Below, one piece after another: positions 8,273-16,316 of a stretch of 20,344 nucleotides of DNA; positions within the stretch are counted from its first letter, which is position 1; every line of letters starts with the position of its first letter. A program made the translations under genes and the position numbers. The stretch spans positions 1-20,344 of the forward strand of contig JAZAHK010000008.1 of the NCBI GenBank assembly GCA_036231405.1, written 5' to 3'. This stretch comes from Nitrospinota bacterium (GTDB lineage: Bacteria > UBA8248). The notes below the pieces were generated by a model, which saw nothing but the letters and a program-made list of their open reading frames with translations, ran no database searches and was not told the origin of the DNA.

Positions 8273-8911
8273 ATGGACAATTCTAAAATATTTTTCACGG
8301 TATATAGTGATTTTTTGTGACCTTGGTGTTTTAATTCAGCCGTTCGGTTGAACAATCTAAATAAAGAGTACGGAGATAAACTCGATATACAATATCGAGT
8401 TTTCATGTTACGCCCTCAGCCTGATCCTACTGCAGTTTTCAACGAATATAGAGTTACAGGATGGACGAACGCTACCACACAAGAGGAGTCAGGAGATTTC
8501 CGTCTTTGGGAATCTGAGGAAGAGTTTCCGAACTGTTCCATGCCATCTGCGAAAGCTGGGATTGCCGCACGTATTCAAGGCGCGGATATATGGAATATTT
8601 TTCATATGAACCTATTGTCCGCTTTTTTTTCTGAAAGCAGGAATATTTCAAACGAAAAAGTTGTACATGAAGTTGCCGAAATGAGTGGTTTAGATATGGA
8701 TAGATATCATGACGATATGCAGGGCGATGGTCTTCAGGAGAAGGCAAATAGAGAATTTCTTGACGCAACTAATAGGGGAATAACAGGAATTCCTTCTGTA
8801 GTAGCAAATGACCGAATGTTGATCGTTGGTGCTGTACCATCAGATCATTATAGGCAGGTAATAGATACTTACTTAGAGACGGGTTCATTGCCTCAAAGTA
8901 TTCCTCTATAG
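8273..8911 (+). CDS. DsbA/FrnE-family thioredoxin-fold selenoprotein (UPWC active site)
   Basis: GGAG at 8263-8266 and ATG at 8273 give MDNSKIFFTVYSDFL-[TGA 8318-8320]-PWCFNSAVRL, in frame with the 8348..8911 ORF, which ends GITGIPS...IVGAVP. The TGA occupies the first Cys of the FrnE/DsbA YSDxxCPWC motif. Confidence 0.88.
8335..8352 (+). promoter_or_regulatory. Bacterial SECIS-like hairpin
   Basis: TTCAGCC-GTTC-GGTTGAA: 7-bp stem with one G-U pair and a 4-nt apical loop starting GU, 21 nt after the in-frame TGA. Confidence 0.72.
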
Positions 8912-8926
8912 AAAGAAGGGATCCGA

Positions 8927-9913
8927 TTGGAAGAAAGATTATTTTCAGGATGTGTAACAGATGTAGAAGAATTTCGTTTAGGTCATGCTTCTGATCTTGA
9001 AGCATATACCGGGGTAAGTGTAATTCTTTGTCCTGAAGGAACTGTTGGGTCCTGTGAATTGAGAGGAACTGCTACTGCCACAAGAGGGATTGATGCACTA
9101 CGTGTTCAACATCTTGTTGGGAATATTGATGCAGTTGTTTTGACGGGTGGAAGCGCATACGGATTGGCCTCGTCAGAAGGAGTTATGCAATTTTTAGAAG
9201 AAGAGGGAAGCGGATTTCAAGCTGGAAACTACACTGTTCCAACAGTGGCATCGAGTGTGCTTTTTGATCTCAATTTTGGAAATGGCAAAGTGAGACCAAC
9301 TTCTGGAATGGGTTATTTGGCTTGTAAAACATCTTTTTCTAAAGAAGGTCCTCAGGGCAGTGTAGGGGCAGGTACGGGTGCTACTGTAGCAAAACTTCTG
9401 GGAAAAAAAGGTGCTATGAAAGGGGGACTAGGTACAGCAAGTTGTCCTCTTCCTTCGGGTGGTACAGTTGGAGCAATTGCTGTCGTGAATGCATATGGTT
9501 CTGTTTACGACTACACAACCAATACAAGAATTGCCTCTCCTTTGAAAAGCGCAAAGAGCAGGGAATTTGTTGATACTGAAGAGTATTTGAGATTGAAGGG
9601 TCGACCCATAAAAGGATTTGGAACTTCGGGTGAAAATACTACTTTGGTCGCTGTAACGACGAATGTGAATTTAAATAAAAACGAAACGCATAAACTTTCT
9701 CAGATGGCAGCCAATGGATTGATTCTTTCTGTACGTCCTTCCTATACAACGGTAGATGGTGACGTTGTTTTTGCTCTCTCTTACGGCAAGTTCGAAGAGT
9801 CGTTGGATGTAGTAGGGGAAGCTGCAAAATATGTAGTAGGTCAAGCTATTTGCAGGGGAGTTAAAGAGGCAAACGGATTCGGTATGATTCCCTCTTGGAA
9901 AGACTTGAATTGA
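8927..9913 (+). CDS. P1/S58 (DmpA-like) peptidase, L-aminopeptidase/D-esterase family
   Basis: LTGGSAYGL, GSVGAGTGAT, KGGLGTAS, AVVNAYG, ENTTL self-processing motif, DGDVVF. Confidence 0.9.
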   Translation: MEERLFSGCVTDVEEFRLGHASDLEAYTGVSVILCPEGTVGSCELRGTATATRGIDALRVQHLVGNIDAVVLTGGSAYGLASSEGVMQFLEEEGSGFQAGNYTVPTVASSVLFDLNFGNGKVRPTSGMGYLACKTSFSKEGPQGSVGAGTGATVAKLLGKKGAMKGGLGTASCPLPSGGTVGAIAVVNAYGSVYDYTTNTRIASPLKSAKSREFVDTEEYLRLKGRPIKGFGTSGENTTLVAVTTNVNLNKNETHKLSQMAANGLILSVRPSYTTVDGDVVFALSYGKFEESLDVVGEAAKYVVGQAICRGVKEANGFGMIPSWKDLN

Positions 9914-11094
9914 CAAAGGATATTACTACAAAAAGAGTTTTGAGAAATTGGAAAATTAGAGACACCTTCGATCTAGGTTTGATTAGTTCTGCACATGGAA
10001 TGAGCGATGGTTTCGCTAACTTGATGGTTCCAGTTCTGGTTATGATTGTTGCAGAATTTAGTCTTTCTCCTATACAGTCGGGAATGTTAATTGGTTCTCT
10101 TAGCCTTTCCGTTATGTTATTTCAGTATCCTCTTTCTATTTATTCTGATTTTTCTGGGAAAAGAAAACCAATTCTTTTGGCTGGAATGTTCTTAGCTACT
10201 ATGTCTTTTCTCTGTGTGGGGCTCGTTTCAAGCTTCCATTTTTTGCTATTACTTACATTTTTGGCTGGTGCAGGGAACTCAGTTTATCATCCATGTGGAA
10301 CTTCCATGGTTGCAAAAAGATTTGAAGAGAATCGCGCGTTCGCAATTTCGGTTCATGGATTAGGTGGGAATGTGGGAATGGGTATTCTTCCAATTCTCCT
10401 TACTTTTTTTGCTGCTTATTTAGGATGGCGTTCCGCTGTAGTTATTTGTGTGTTTCCTACTCTTATATTTTTATTTTTAATCTATCATCGCTTCTCTGAC
10501 GTTGTAGATAAACGGTCAGTTGAGAATCAAAAAGTAAAAGTAATTTTGCGGGATGTTTTTAGAAACAACAAAGTAGTAATTTTGGCAATTGCATATATGC
10601 TTCGAGGTATGTGTACTAAAGGGACAGTTGGTTTCTTCCCTCTCATTGCAGCTTCTAGGAATGTTGACATATCTCTAATTGGGGTTGCCATTTCCATACA
10701 TTTTATACTAGGTGCAATTACGAAACCTATAATGGGTTATCTTTACGATAGGTTAGGAGCAAAGTTCGCTCTAATGGTTCCTTTCTTTATCACTGGGGTC
10801 TTGGTTTTTGCAATTCCATTTACTAGATCCACCATAGAACTTTTAACTGTTTTTGCTTTAGTTGGTGCATTTAGTCACGTAAGTCCTATTATACTTACTG
10901 CAACTGCAGATTTTGCAGACAAAAATGTTTTAACTTCTTCTGTAGGGTTTATTTATACTTGTCATGGATTGAATTTTCTTTCTCCTCTCATAGGCGGAGT
11001 AATCGCTAACGAAGTAGGAATCGATGCGAGCTATTTCTTCTACAGTTTTTCTGCTTTGCTAGGACTTTGGTTTGTTCTTAAAATGGAGAAATAA
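9895..11094 (+). CDS. MFS transporter
   Basis: About 12 hydrophobic segments; motif A variants SDFSGKR and GYLYDRLG; AH..SD and GNSVYHP motifs like the Fsr-type subfamily. Start uncertain. Confidence 0.9.
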   Translation: MERLELTKDITTKRVLRNWKIRDTFDLGLISSAHGMSDGFANLMVPVLVMIVAEFSLSPIQSGMLIGSLSLSVMLFQYPLSIYSDFSGKRKPILLAGMFLATMSFLCVGLVSSFHFLLLLTFLAGAGNSVYHPCGTSMVAKRFEENRAFAISVHGLGGNVGMGILPILLTFFAAYLGWRSAVVICVFPTLIFLFLIYHRFSDVVDKRSVENQKVKVILRDVFRNNKVVILAIAYMLRGMCTKGTVGFFPLIAASRNVDISLIGVAISIHFILGAITKPIMGYLYDRLGAKFALMVPFFITGVLVFAIPFTRSTIELLTVFALVGAFSHVSPIILTATADFADKNVLTSSVGFIYTCHGLNFLSPLIGGVIANEVGIDASYFFYSFSALLGLWFVLKMEK

Positions 11095-11140
11095 GATACT
11101 TATATATACGACTAACTCAGATTCTTTGAAAGGAAGTTAA

Positions 11141-11530
11141 ATGAATCGTGAATATTTTAAAGGTACGTGGCAAGAAAACAGATCTTTCTCTCCAGCAGTT
11201 GTGACCCAAGGCGGGAAACAAATTTGGTTAGCAGGAGTTGGGATGTGGCAGGACGAGGATGGGAATTCCCTAGACGGCAATTTTGAAGCACAAGTACATG
11301 CTACCTTTCGCCAAATAGAGAGGAATCTTGCAACTGCAGGTGGAAAATTGTCGGATATTGTGACTATGACAGTTTTTATAAAGGATGTTAGAAATGGAGA
11401 TAAACTAACAGAGCTAAGAAAGCAATATTTTCAGGATGGTTATCCAGGTAGTGCTCTTATTACAGTAAGTGCTTTTGCGAGACCTGAAATGATGGTTGAA
11501 ATTCAAGCTATTGCTGTTGTAACCGATTAA
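11141..11530 (+). CDS. Rid (YjgF/YER057c/UK114) family protein
   Basis: FSPAV, IWLAG, LATAGGKLSDIV, MVEIQAIA; AAGGAAG RBS. Has PGS in place of the PAR catalytic motif. Confidence 0.9.
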   Translation: MNREYFKGTWQENRSFSPAVVTQGGKQIWLAGVGMWQDEDGNSLDGNFEAQVHATFRQIERNLATAGGKLSDIVTMTVFIKDVRNGDKLTELRKQYFQDGYPGSALITVSAFARPEMMVEIQAIAVVTD

Positions 11531-11595
11531 TTTCATGCTTTATGGCTTGACTAGAAGGTTTAATATGTAGTTTCCTAGGGGTCTGTATTTTGTGT

Positions 11596-11670
11596 GCGGG
11601 AATAGCTCAGTGGTAGAGCATCACGTTGCCAACGTGAGGGTCGGGAGTTCGAATCTCCTTTCCCGCTCCA
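11596..11670 (+). tRNA. tRNA-Gly(GCC)
   Basis: Acceptor stem GCGGGAA/TTCCCGC, D arm GCTCAGTGGTAGAGC, anticodon arm TCACG-TTGCCAA-CGTGA, T loop TTCGAAT, encoded CCA. Confidence 0.98.
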
Positions 11671-11750
11671 AATTAGATTGGTTTGGAAATTTCTTTTAAA
11701 GTATTGTATGGTGTTTTGGAGTAAGCTTTATTTTTTTTGGAGGTATTCCT

Positions 11751-12068
11751 ATGTCAATGATTTACTGTTCAGGTTGTGGTTCTGAAATACATAGTACCGC
11801 GAAAAATTGTCCATCATGTGGTGCGGCTCAACCAGGAATAGAGGGGGGCAATAGTGAAGCTAGTCCTAAAAAAAGATTAGTTGCATTAGTCTTAAACTTT
11901 CTTTTGGGAATTTTGGGTGTACACAGATTTTACGTTGGGAAGGTCGGAACAGGTGTTTTGCAGTTCTTTACCTTGGGAGGTTTATTTATTTGGTCTTTCA
12001 TAGATTTCATCTTAATTCTTTGTGGAACTTTCAAAGATATTGATGGGAAGAGATTGACCAATTGGTAA
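11751..12068 (+). CDS. Zinc-ribbon plus TM2 domain membrane protein
   Basis: CSGCG...CPSCG ribbon; TM2 motif LGILGVHRFYVG...TLGGLFIWSFID; GGAGG RBS. Confidence 0.88.
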   Translation: MSMIYCSGCGSEIHSTAKNCPSCGAAQPGIEGGNSEASPKKRLVALVLNFLLGILGVHRFYVGKVGTGVLQFFTLGGLFIWSFIDFILILCGTFKDIDGKRLTNW

Positions 12069-12104
12069 ATTATTTTTAATTTTTCCTATTTTCTGGTCTT
12101 AAAA

Positions 12105-12530
12105 ATGCCATCTAGTGCTCTGGAAGATTTCGTACGTGATTTGAAGAAAAAATTTCTATTTTGGGTTAAAAATCAAGACCGATTTGTACTTATAGGTCTT
12201 ATTTTTTCTATGATACCGATTCCTCCATCATTTTTAATTGGGTTGTTCATCGGTTCAATAAACCTTTTCCTCTTTCTAACAGGAAAATTGGAAAGAAGAC
12301 ATTTTAATTTAATCCTTTTGACTATTTTTATTTCAATTTTTAATTTATTGTTAACGGGCTATATTTATTTTTCTATATACAAGACTTTCTGGATGCTGGA
12401 TATTTTCAGGGTTGGTGTGATAGGTTTCACAAAAAATTATTTTTCGTTAATTGAACGATTTCTTTTTTGGGTGCTTGACTTTGTGAGAAATTTTTTTCTA
12501 GGGCACGATAAAATGGCTCAGACTGTATAA
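12105..12530 (+). CDS. Hypothetical membrane protein
   Basis: 141 aa ORF with 2-3 hydrophobic segments, co-oriented and tightly packed between the two TM2 genes. Confidence 0.65.
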   Translation: MPSSALEDFVRDLKKKFLFWVKNQDRFVLIGLIFSMIPIPPSFLIGLFIGSINLFLFLTGKLERRHFNLILLTIFISIFNLLLTGYIYFSIYKTFWMLDIFRVGVIGFTKNYFSLIERFLFWVLDFVRNFFLGHDKMAQTV

Positions 12531-12541
12531 AGGGATATGAT

Positions 12542-13012
12542 ATGGAAGAGAACCGAAGGAGTGACGAAAAGTATTGTTTTTCTTGCGGGAAAGTTCTACA
12601 TGATAGTGCCGATTCCTGCCCCCATTGTGGTGCAAATTTAAATACAGAGATTCAATCCGTTGCACCTTCTTCCCAAAGTAAAATGCCTCAAAATGTAATT
12701 AGCGATGAGGTTTTTTGCAGACATTGCGGTTCTGCGATTCATAAGAGTGCTCCTACATGTCCTAAATGTGGAGGGATGAATATGTCTACCACTAGTTCGG
12801 GCATGATCAAAAGTAAGACTACTGCTGGTATTTTAGCTCTTCTTTTAGGTGGTTTTGGAGTACATAAATTCTATTGTGGGAAGGTTGGTTTGGGCTTCTT
12901 ATATTTAATCTTTTTTTGGACCTTTATCCCAGGAATCATTGCCTTTGTTGAAGGAATAATATACTTAACACAAAAATCTGACGTTGAATTTACTCGAAGA
13001 TATTGTGCATAA
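12542..13012 (+). CDS. Double zinc-ribbon plus TM2/NINE domain protein
   Basis: CFSCG...CPHCG and CRHCG...CPKCG ribbons; [24 protein letters not shown]...[17 protein letters not shown] is a TM2/NINE motif. Confidence 0.88.
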   Translation: MEENRRSDEKYCFSCGKVLHDSADSCPHCGANLNTEIQSVAPSSQSKMPQNVISDEVFCRHCGSAIHKSAPTCPKCGGMNMSTTSSGMIKSKTTAGILALLLGGFGVHKFYCGKVGLGFLYLIFFWTFIPGIIAFVEGIIYLTQKSDVEFTRRYCA

Positions 13013-13182
13013 ACGAGCGTTTTTTTTCGAAACTTTTTGTTTCATCATCTTATAAGAACAATTGCAATTAATAGTCATAAAATGGTGTTGCTTTATATCT
13101 AAACCATTTGATATTATTTTGGTTGAATCTGAATCTCCTTTACTGTGCTGCTTTTCTTGTCTAAGGTCCGAAAGGTTTTAAA

Positions 13183-13479
13183 ATGAAGAAAATATTTGTT
13201 TTGATAATACTTTTACTTTCTATTTCCCTAGTGACTACTTCTGCTTTTGCTGGAAGAAGGCATAGACATCATCACTATCGTCATAATAATGGGATTGTAG
13301 TTGGTCTCTTGGGTGGAATACTTCTTGGGAATATGCTTGTTCATCACCATAGGCCCTATAACAGGAATTATTACCGCTACAGAAAAATTTGTACCTACGA
13401 AAGAGAAGTATATGAAATTGACGAATACGGTGATAGGTACTATTTGGGAACGGAGACTATTCAGCGTTACTGTAGATGA
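13183..13479 (+). CDS. Small secreted His/Arg/Tyr-rich hypothetical protein
   Basis: MKK, hydrophobic core and AFA signal peptide; RRHRHHHYRH; GxxxG-rich hydrophobic stretch; two C-terminal Cys; AAGG RBS. Confidence 0.75.
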   Translation: MKKIFVLIILLLSISLVTTSAFAGRRHRHHHYRHNNGIVVGLLGGILLGNMLVHHHRPYNRNYYRYRKICTYEREVYEIDEYGDRYYLGTETIQRYCR

Positions 13480-13593
13480 TGTTTTAATATAATAAAGCGT
13501 CTTTTTTATGTACCATTATACTTTATCTGCCCTAATTTAAATTCATTTCTTGAAAACTCTGTGCTGGTAAATCTTCAAATTTTGGAGGAATTT

Positions 13594-14442
13594 ATGGGTG
13601 TCTTCGCGAAAATTCTGGATGGTATAAATAGTTTCACAGATAAGTCAATAGAATTTATTGGGAAAAAAATAAGTGGAAAAGTTTGTGATTTCCTTCTATT
13701 GCAACTTAACAAATTCTATGCACCTTTAATATTAATTACGATCGTATTGTTCCTTCTCAATACTCTTAAATTAGGGTTTATATACTTTTTACTGTCTCTT
13801 ATTTTTGCTGTGCCAATCCTTTTGATTTTCAATTATATAGGAGAGAAGTTTCATGGGGCTTGTAATAACTTGATTTCTGCTAATAAAACAGGTCTCAGCG
13901 ATGATGCGATTTTGAGATTACTTTCAATTTCTTATATTTTGGGAGGAATTTTCTTTTTTCTTCTTTCTGTGCTACTAAGTGCGAATTCGAGCCTCCTATA
14001 TGCTTCTGATTTTGGTTTTGGAGGATATATACTTCCATTCCTGTTAGTCGGTTTGTGGATATTGTCTCTTATTCATTTTCTCGCAACCGTTCCCATTGCC
14101 AATCCAGACCTTATTAATGTTGAAATATCTAAGGATAATACGTCTGCAGAAGATGCTATCTGTATTCTTACTCTTCCATTAAAGATAATGTTGTATTTTG
14201 AGGAATTGACCTCTAGGCTTTTAATTGTTTCTTCAGCATTTCTTTTTATTCGTTTTTTATTATCCTCTAGTGCTTTTTCTGATTTTATGATGCTGGGTTA
14301 TGCATTTACATTTCTCTGTCTGGGCTTAGCTTATCCTCTGGTGATTTATTTCGTTTTTTTAATGTTTAATTTTTGGTTTTCTTTTATGCTTTCTATATTG
14401 GGGGTGGCAAAAAATATTTCATCTGGGATTGCAGGTAAATAG
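13594..14442 (+). CDS. Hypothetical polytopic membrane protein
   Basis: About 6 hydrophobic segments. ATG 13594 is preceded by GGAGG (13584-13588); the track uses GTG 13561. Confidence 0.75.
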   Translation: MGVFAKILDGINSFTDKSIEFIGKKISGKVCDFLLLQLNKFYAPLILITIVLFLLNTLKLGFIYFLLSLIFAVPILLIFNYIGEKFHGACNNLISANKTGLSDDAILRLLSISYILGGIFFFLLSVLLSANSSLLYASDFGFGGYILPFLLVGLWILSLIHFLATVPIANPDLINVEISKDNTSAEDAICILTLPLKIMLYFEELTSRLLIVSSAFLFIRFLLSSSAFSDFMMLGYAFTFLCLGLAYPLVIYFVFLMFNFWFSFMLSILGVAKNISSGIAGK

Positions 14443-14499
14443 AATGATTTAAAAAATATTTATTGCCTTTAATTTTACAAACAGTTTTAAGGATTTGCT

Positions 14500-14691
14500 T
14501 TGCAAGAAATTGAGCATTTTTTTCATTGCCCTTATTGCCTACAAAAAATCTCGATGCTTTTGGATCTTTCATCAAACATCCAAGAATACATAGAGGATTG
14601 CGAGGTTTGCTGTCAGGGAATACATATCTCTTATCATTCATCTAACGAAGAAGTGAAGGATTTTAGAGTTTTAAGACTAGATTCTGTCTGA
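14500..14691 (+). CDS. CPXCG-motif cysteine-rich protein
   Basis: CPYC...LLDLS...QEYIEDCEVCC pattern characteristic of the Cys_rich_CPXG family. Confidence 0.85.
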   Translation: MQEIEHFFHCPYCLQKISMLLDLSSNIQEYIEDCEVCCQGIHISYHSSNEEVKDFRVLRLDSV

Positions 14692-14708
14692 TAAATTAGG
14701 ATGGATTT

Positions 14709-16316
14709 TTATTCAAGAAGCAGACTTATGGAGGGCAATACCTTTTCAGACGTGAAGGGTAAATAGGTGTCTTCACTGAAGATGGGCATGCCTATCGATG
14801 AAGGGTTAATGAAAATTATTTTAGCACTGTTTCTTCTCGCTTCTGCGACTAATTCTACTGCAGAAGAAATTTTTAATTGCGTCCCAATGATTATAAGAGA
14901 ATCACAAGTTTTGAATTTTTCCTTAGACTGTTCCCAATCTTTGACATTTAAATTTTCTCCGATTGCGATTACGGAAGGTTTTAAGAATCCATTGCAAATC
15001 TCGCAAATCATTTCTGCATTTTCCCAGATAGTGTTCTGAGGCCAATTTGTTTCATTTTGACAATTTAGACACTTGACTTTTTGGATATTTCCATGCAGTT
15101 CAATTACATTTATAGAACCTGCTTTCTGATGGAGCCCGTCCACGTTTTGAGTGACGATACTATTTATCCAACCTTTCTTCTCCAAATCTGCTAGGACATT
15201 GTGAGAAATATTAGGGGTTGCTTTAGTGGATATATTTCTGAAATTTGAACAGGCAGACCAATATTTTTTTCTAGAGAGAGGTGAAGTTAAGAAATTGCCA
15301 TATTCATATTCTGCAACTGAATCCCCACGTGGTAACCAGATACCTGACGCATAATCAGGTATTCCAGAAGCTGTGCTAATTCCCGCTCCAGAAAGAACGA
15401 TAGTTTTTCCTTTGTATTTTTTGGTTTCTTTTATTTTTTTTACTGCATCCCATACAAGCGGATTTAAGGAGAGTCTCGATTTATCTTTATTTTTTAGCGT
15501 GATAAGTATAGATATCCACGTTCCCAAAATAAACGGCATCATTAAAGGTTCGGGTACCCATTTGAAATTCAAGTAATAATAAACAATCCAAATAAGGCTT
15601 GAAGAGATAGTTGCAAGAATTCCAGTTTGGACGCCAATTTTAGAATTAGGAAGAAAAATCGCAAAACAACAAAAAAATGCAGGTGCAACAGTAAATCCCC
15701 AAAGTGAAACTGGTCCAATCCAAGAGTTGAAAAGAAGTTGTCCTGACATTGATGAAAAGATAGCAACAATTACAAAAGATGATAATGCAGGGAGTGGTGC
15801 TTCCAAAAATAAGACCAATCCAACGAGGAATACACAGATAATAGCTCCTATATTACCGAAAGAAATTAAATTAGAACTTATCCAAAATGAATCTCCGAAC
15901 ATTAAGAAGATCGTCTCGAAGATCCATGCAGTAATCAGGGATGAAAATGCAAGTGGCGGAATCTTGAGACTTTCGAAATAGGGTCTTGTGAATCGATCTA
16001 TTGCTATGCATAAAAAAACTGATGGCAAAAAGAGAAAACTCTTTGAATCAAGTCTAGATAGAGTGGCTCCCCAAATAATTCCAAGTATTGCCGGATTGTA
16101 ACCAAGAATTCCTAATAACCAGTAAGGGTTATTAGATCTGCGTTTTGGTCTAATGGATTCTACGGCAATAGATGCGCCGATCAATGCACCTGCAGCGCCA
16201 AATGGAGAAACAAAGAAAATAGCTAAGAGAATTAAAAGACCATTGATGGGTTTATTAGAGAACGCAATTTGAGCTAGACTCGAAAAAATAGCGTTGATAG
16301 ATTTTTTAAAATTCAT
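14709..16316 (-). CDS. Urea-transporter (UT) family membrane domain fused to a C-terminal Sir2/sirtuin NAD-dependent deacylase domain
   Basis: N-terminal UT-like motifs LAQIAFSNKPINGLLIL, GILGYN, PPLAF, LWGF, PLMMPFILGTW. C-terminal sirtuin motifs SGAGISTASGIPDY, PNISH, TQNVDGLHQKAG, ELHGN, CLNC...CEIC, LKP, IGT, INP. One uninterrupted frame. ATG 16316 overlaps the upstream stop. Confidence 0.85.
   Translation of the reverse strand: MNFKKSINAIFSSLAQIAFSNKPINGLLILLAIFFVSPFGAAGALIGASIAVESIRPKRRSNNPYWLLGILGYNPAILGIIWGATLSRLDSKSFLFLPSVFLCIAIDRFTRPYFESLKIPPLAFSSLITAWIFETIFLMFGDSFWISSNLISFGNIGAIICVFLVGLVLFLEAPLPALSSFVIVAIFSSMSGQLLFNSWIGPVSLWGFTVAPAFFCCFAIFLPNSKIGVQTGILATISSSLIWIVYYYLNFKWVPEPLMMPFILGTWISILITLKNKDKSRLSLNPLVWDAVKKIKETKKYKGKTIVLSGAGISTASGIPDYASGIWLPRGDSVAEYEYGNFLTSPLSRKKYWSACSNFRNISTKATPNISHNVLADLEKKGWINSIVTQNVDGLHQKAGSINVIELHGNIQKVKCLNCQNETNWPQNTIWENAEMICEICNGFLKPSVIAIGENLNVKDWEQSKEKFKTCDSLIIIGTQLKISSAVELVAEARRNSAKIIFINPSSIGMPIFSEDTYLPFTSEKVLPSISLLLE

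Noticed and set aside
8348-8911. Track ORF starting at TTG 8348 as the complete gene
   Set aside because: It lacks the thioredoxin active site; the RBS, ATG 8273 and UPWC motif upstream show the true gene is longer.
11547-11573. TTGACT...TAGTTT as the tRNA promoter
   Set aside because: The spacer is only 15 nt and the -10 is weak; plausible but not supportable.
13183-14691. His-rich peptide or CPXCG protein as the precursor for the PqqD/ATP-grasp operon
   Set aside because: Both are on the opposite strand; one has a Sec signal peptide and the other belongs to a widespread stand-alone family.
15380-15390. TTCCCGCTCCA, identical to the 3' end of tRNA-Gly, as a possible attR
   Set aside because: It lies within the codons for the conserved sirtuin SGAGI motif on the opposite strand, so protein constraint and chance explain it.
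14709-15460. Sir2 domain as an anti-phage NADase (Thoeris/DSR type)
   Set aside because: It has the Zn-binding insert and motifs of classical deacylase sirtuins, and no TIR, HerA or pAgo partner is present; not fully excluded.
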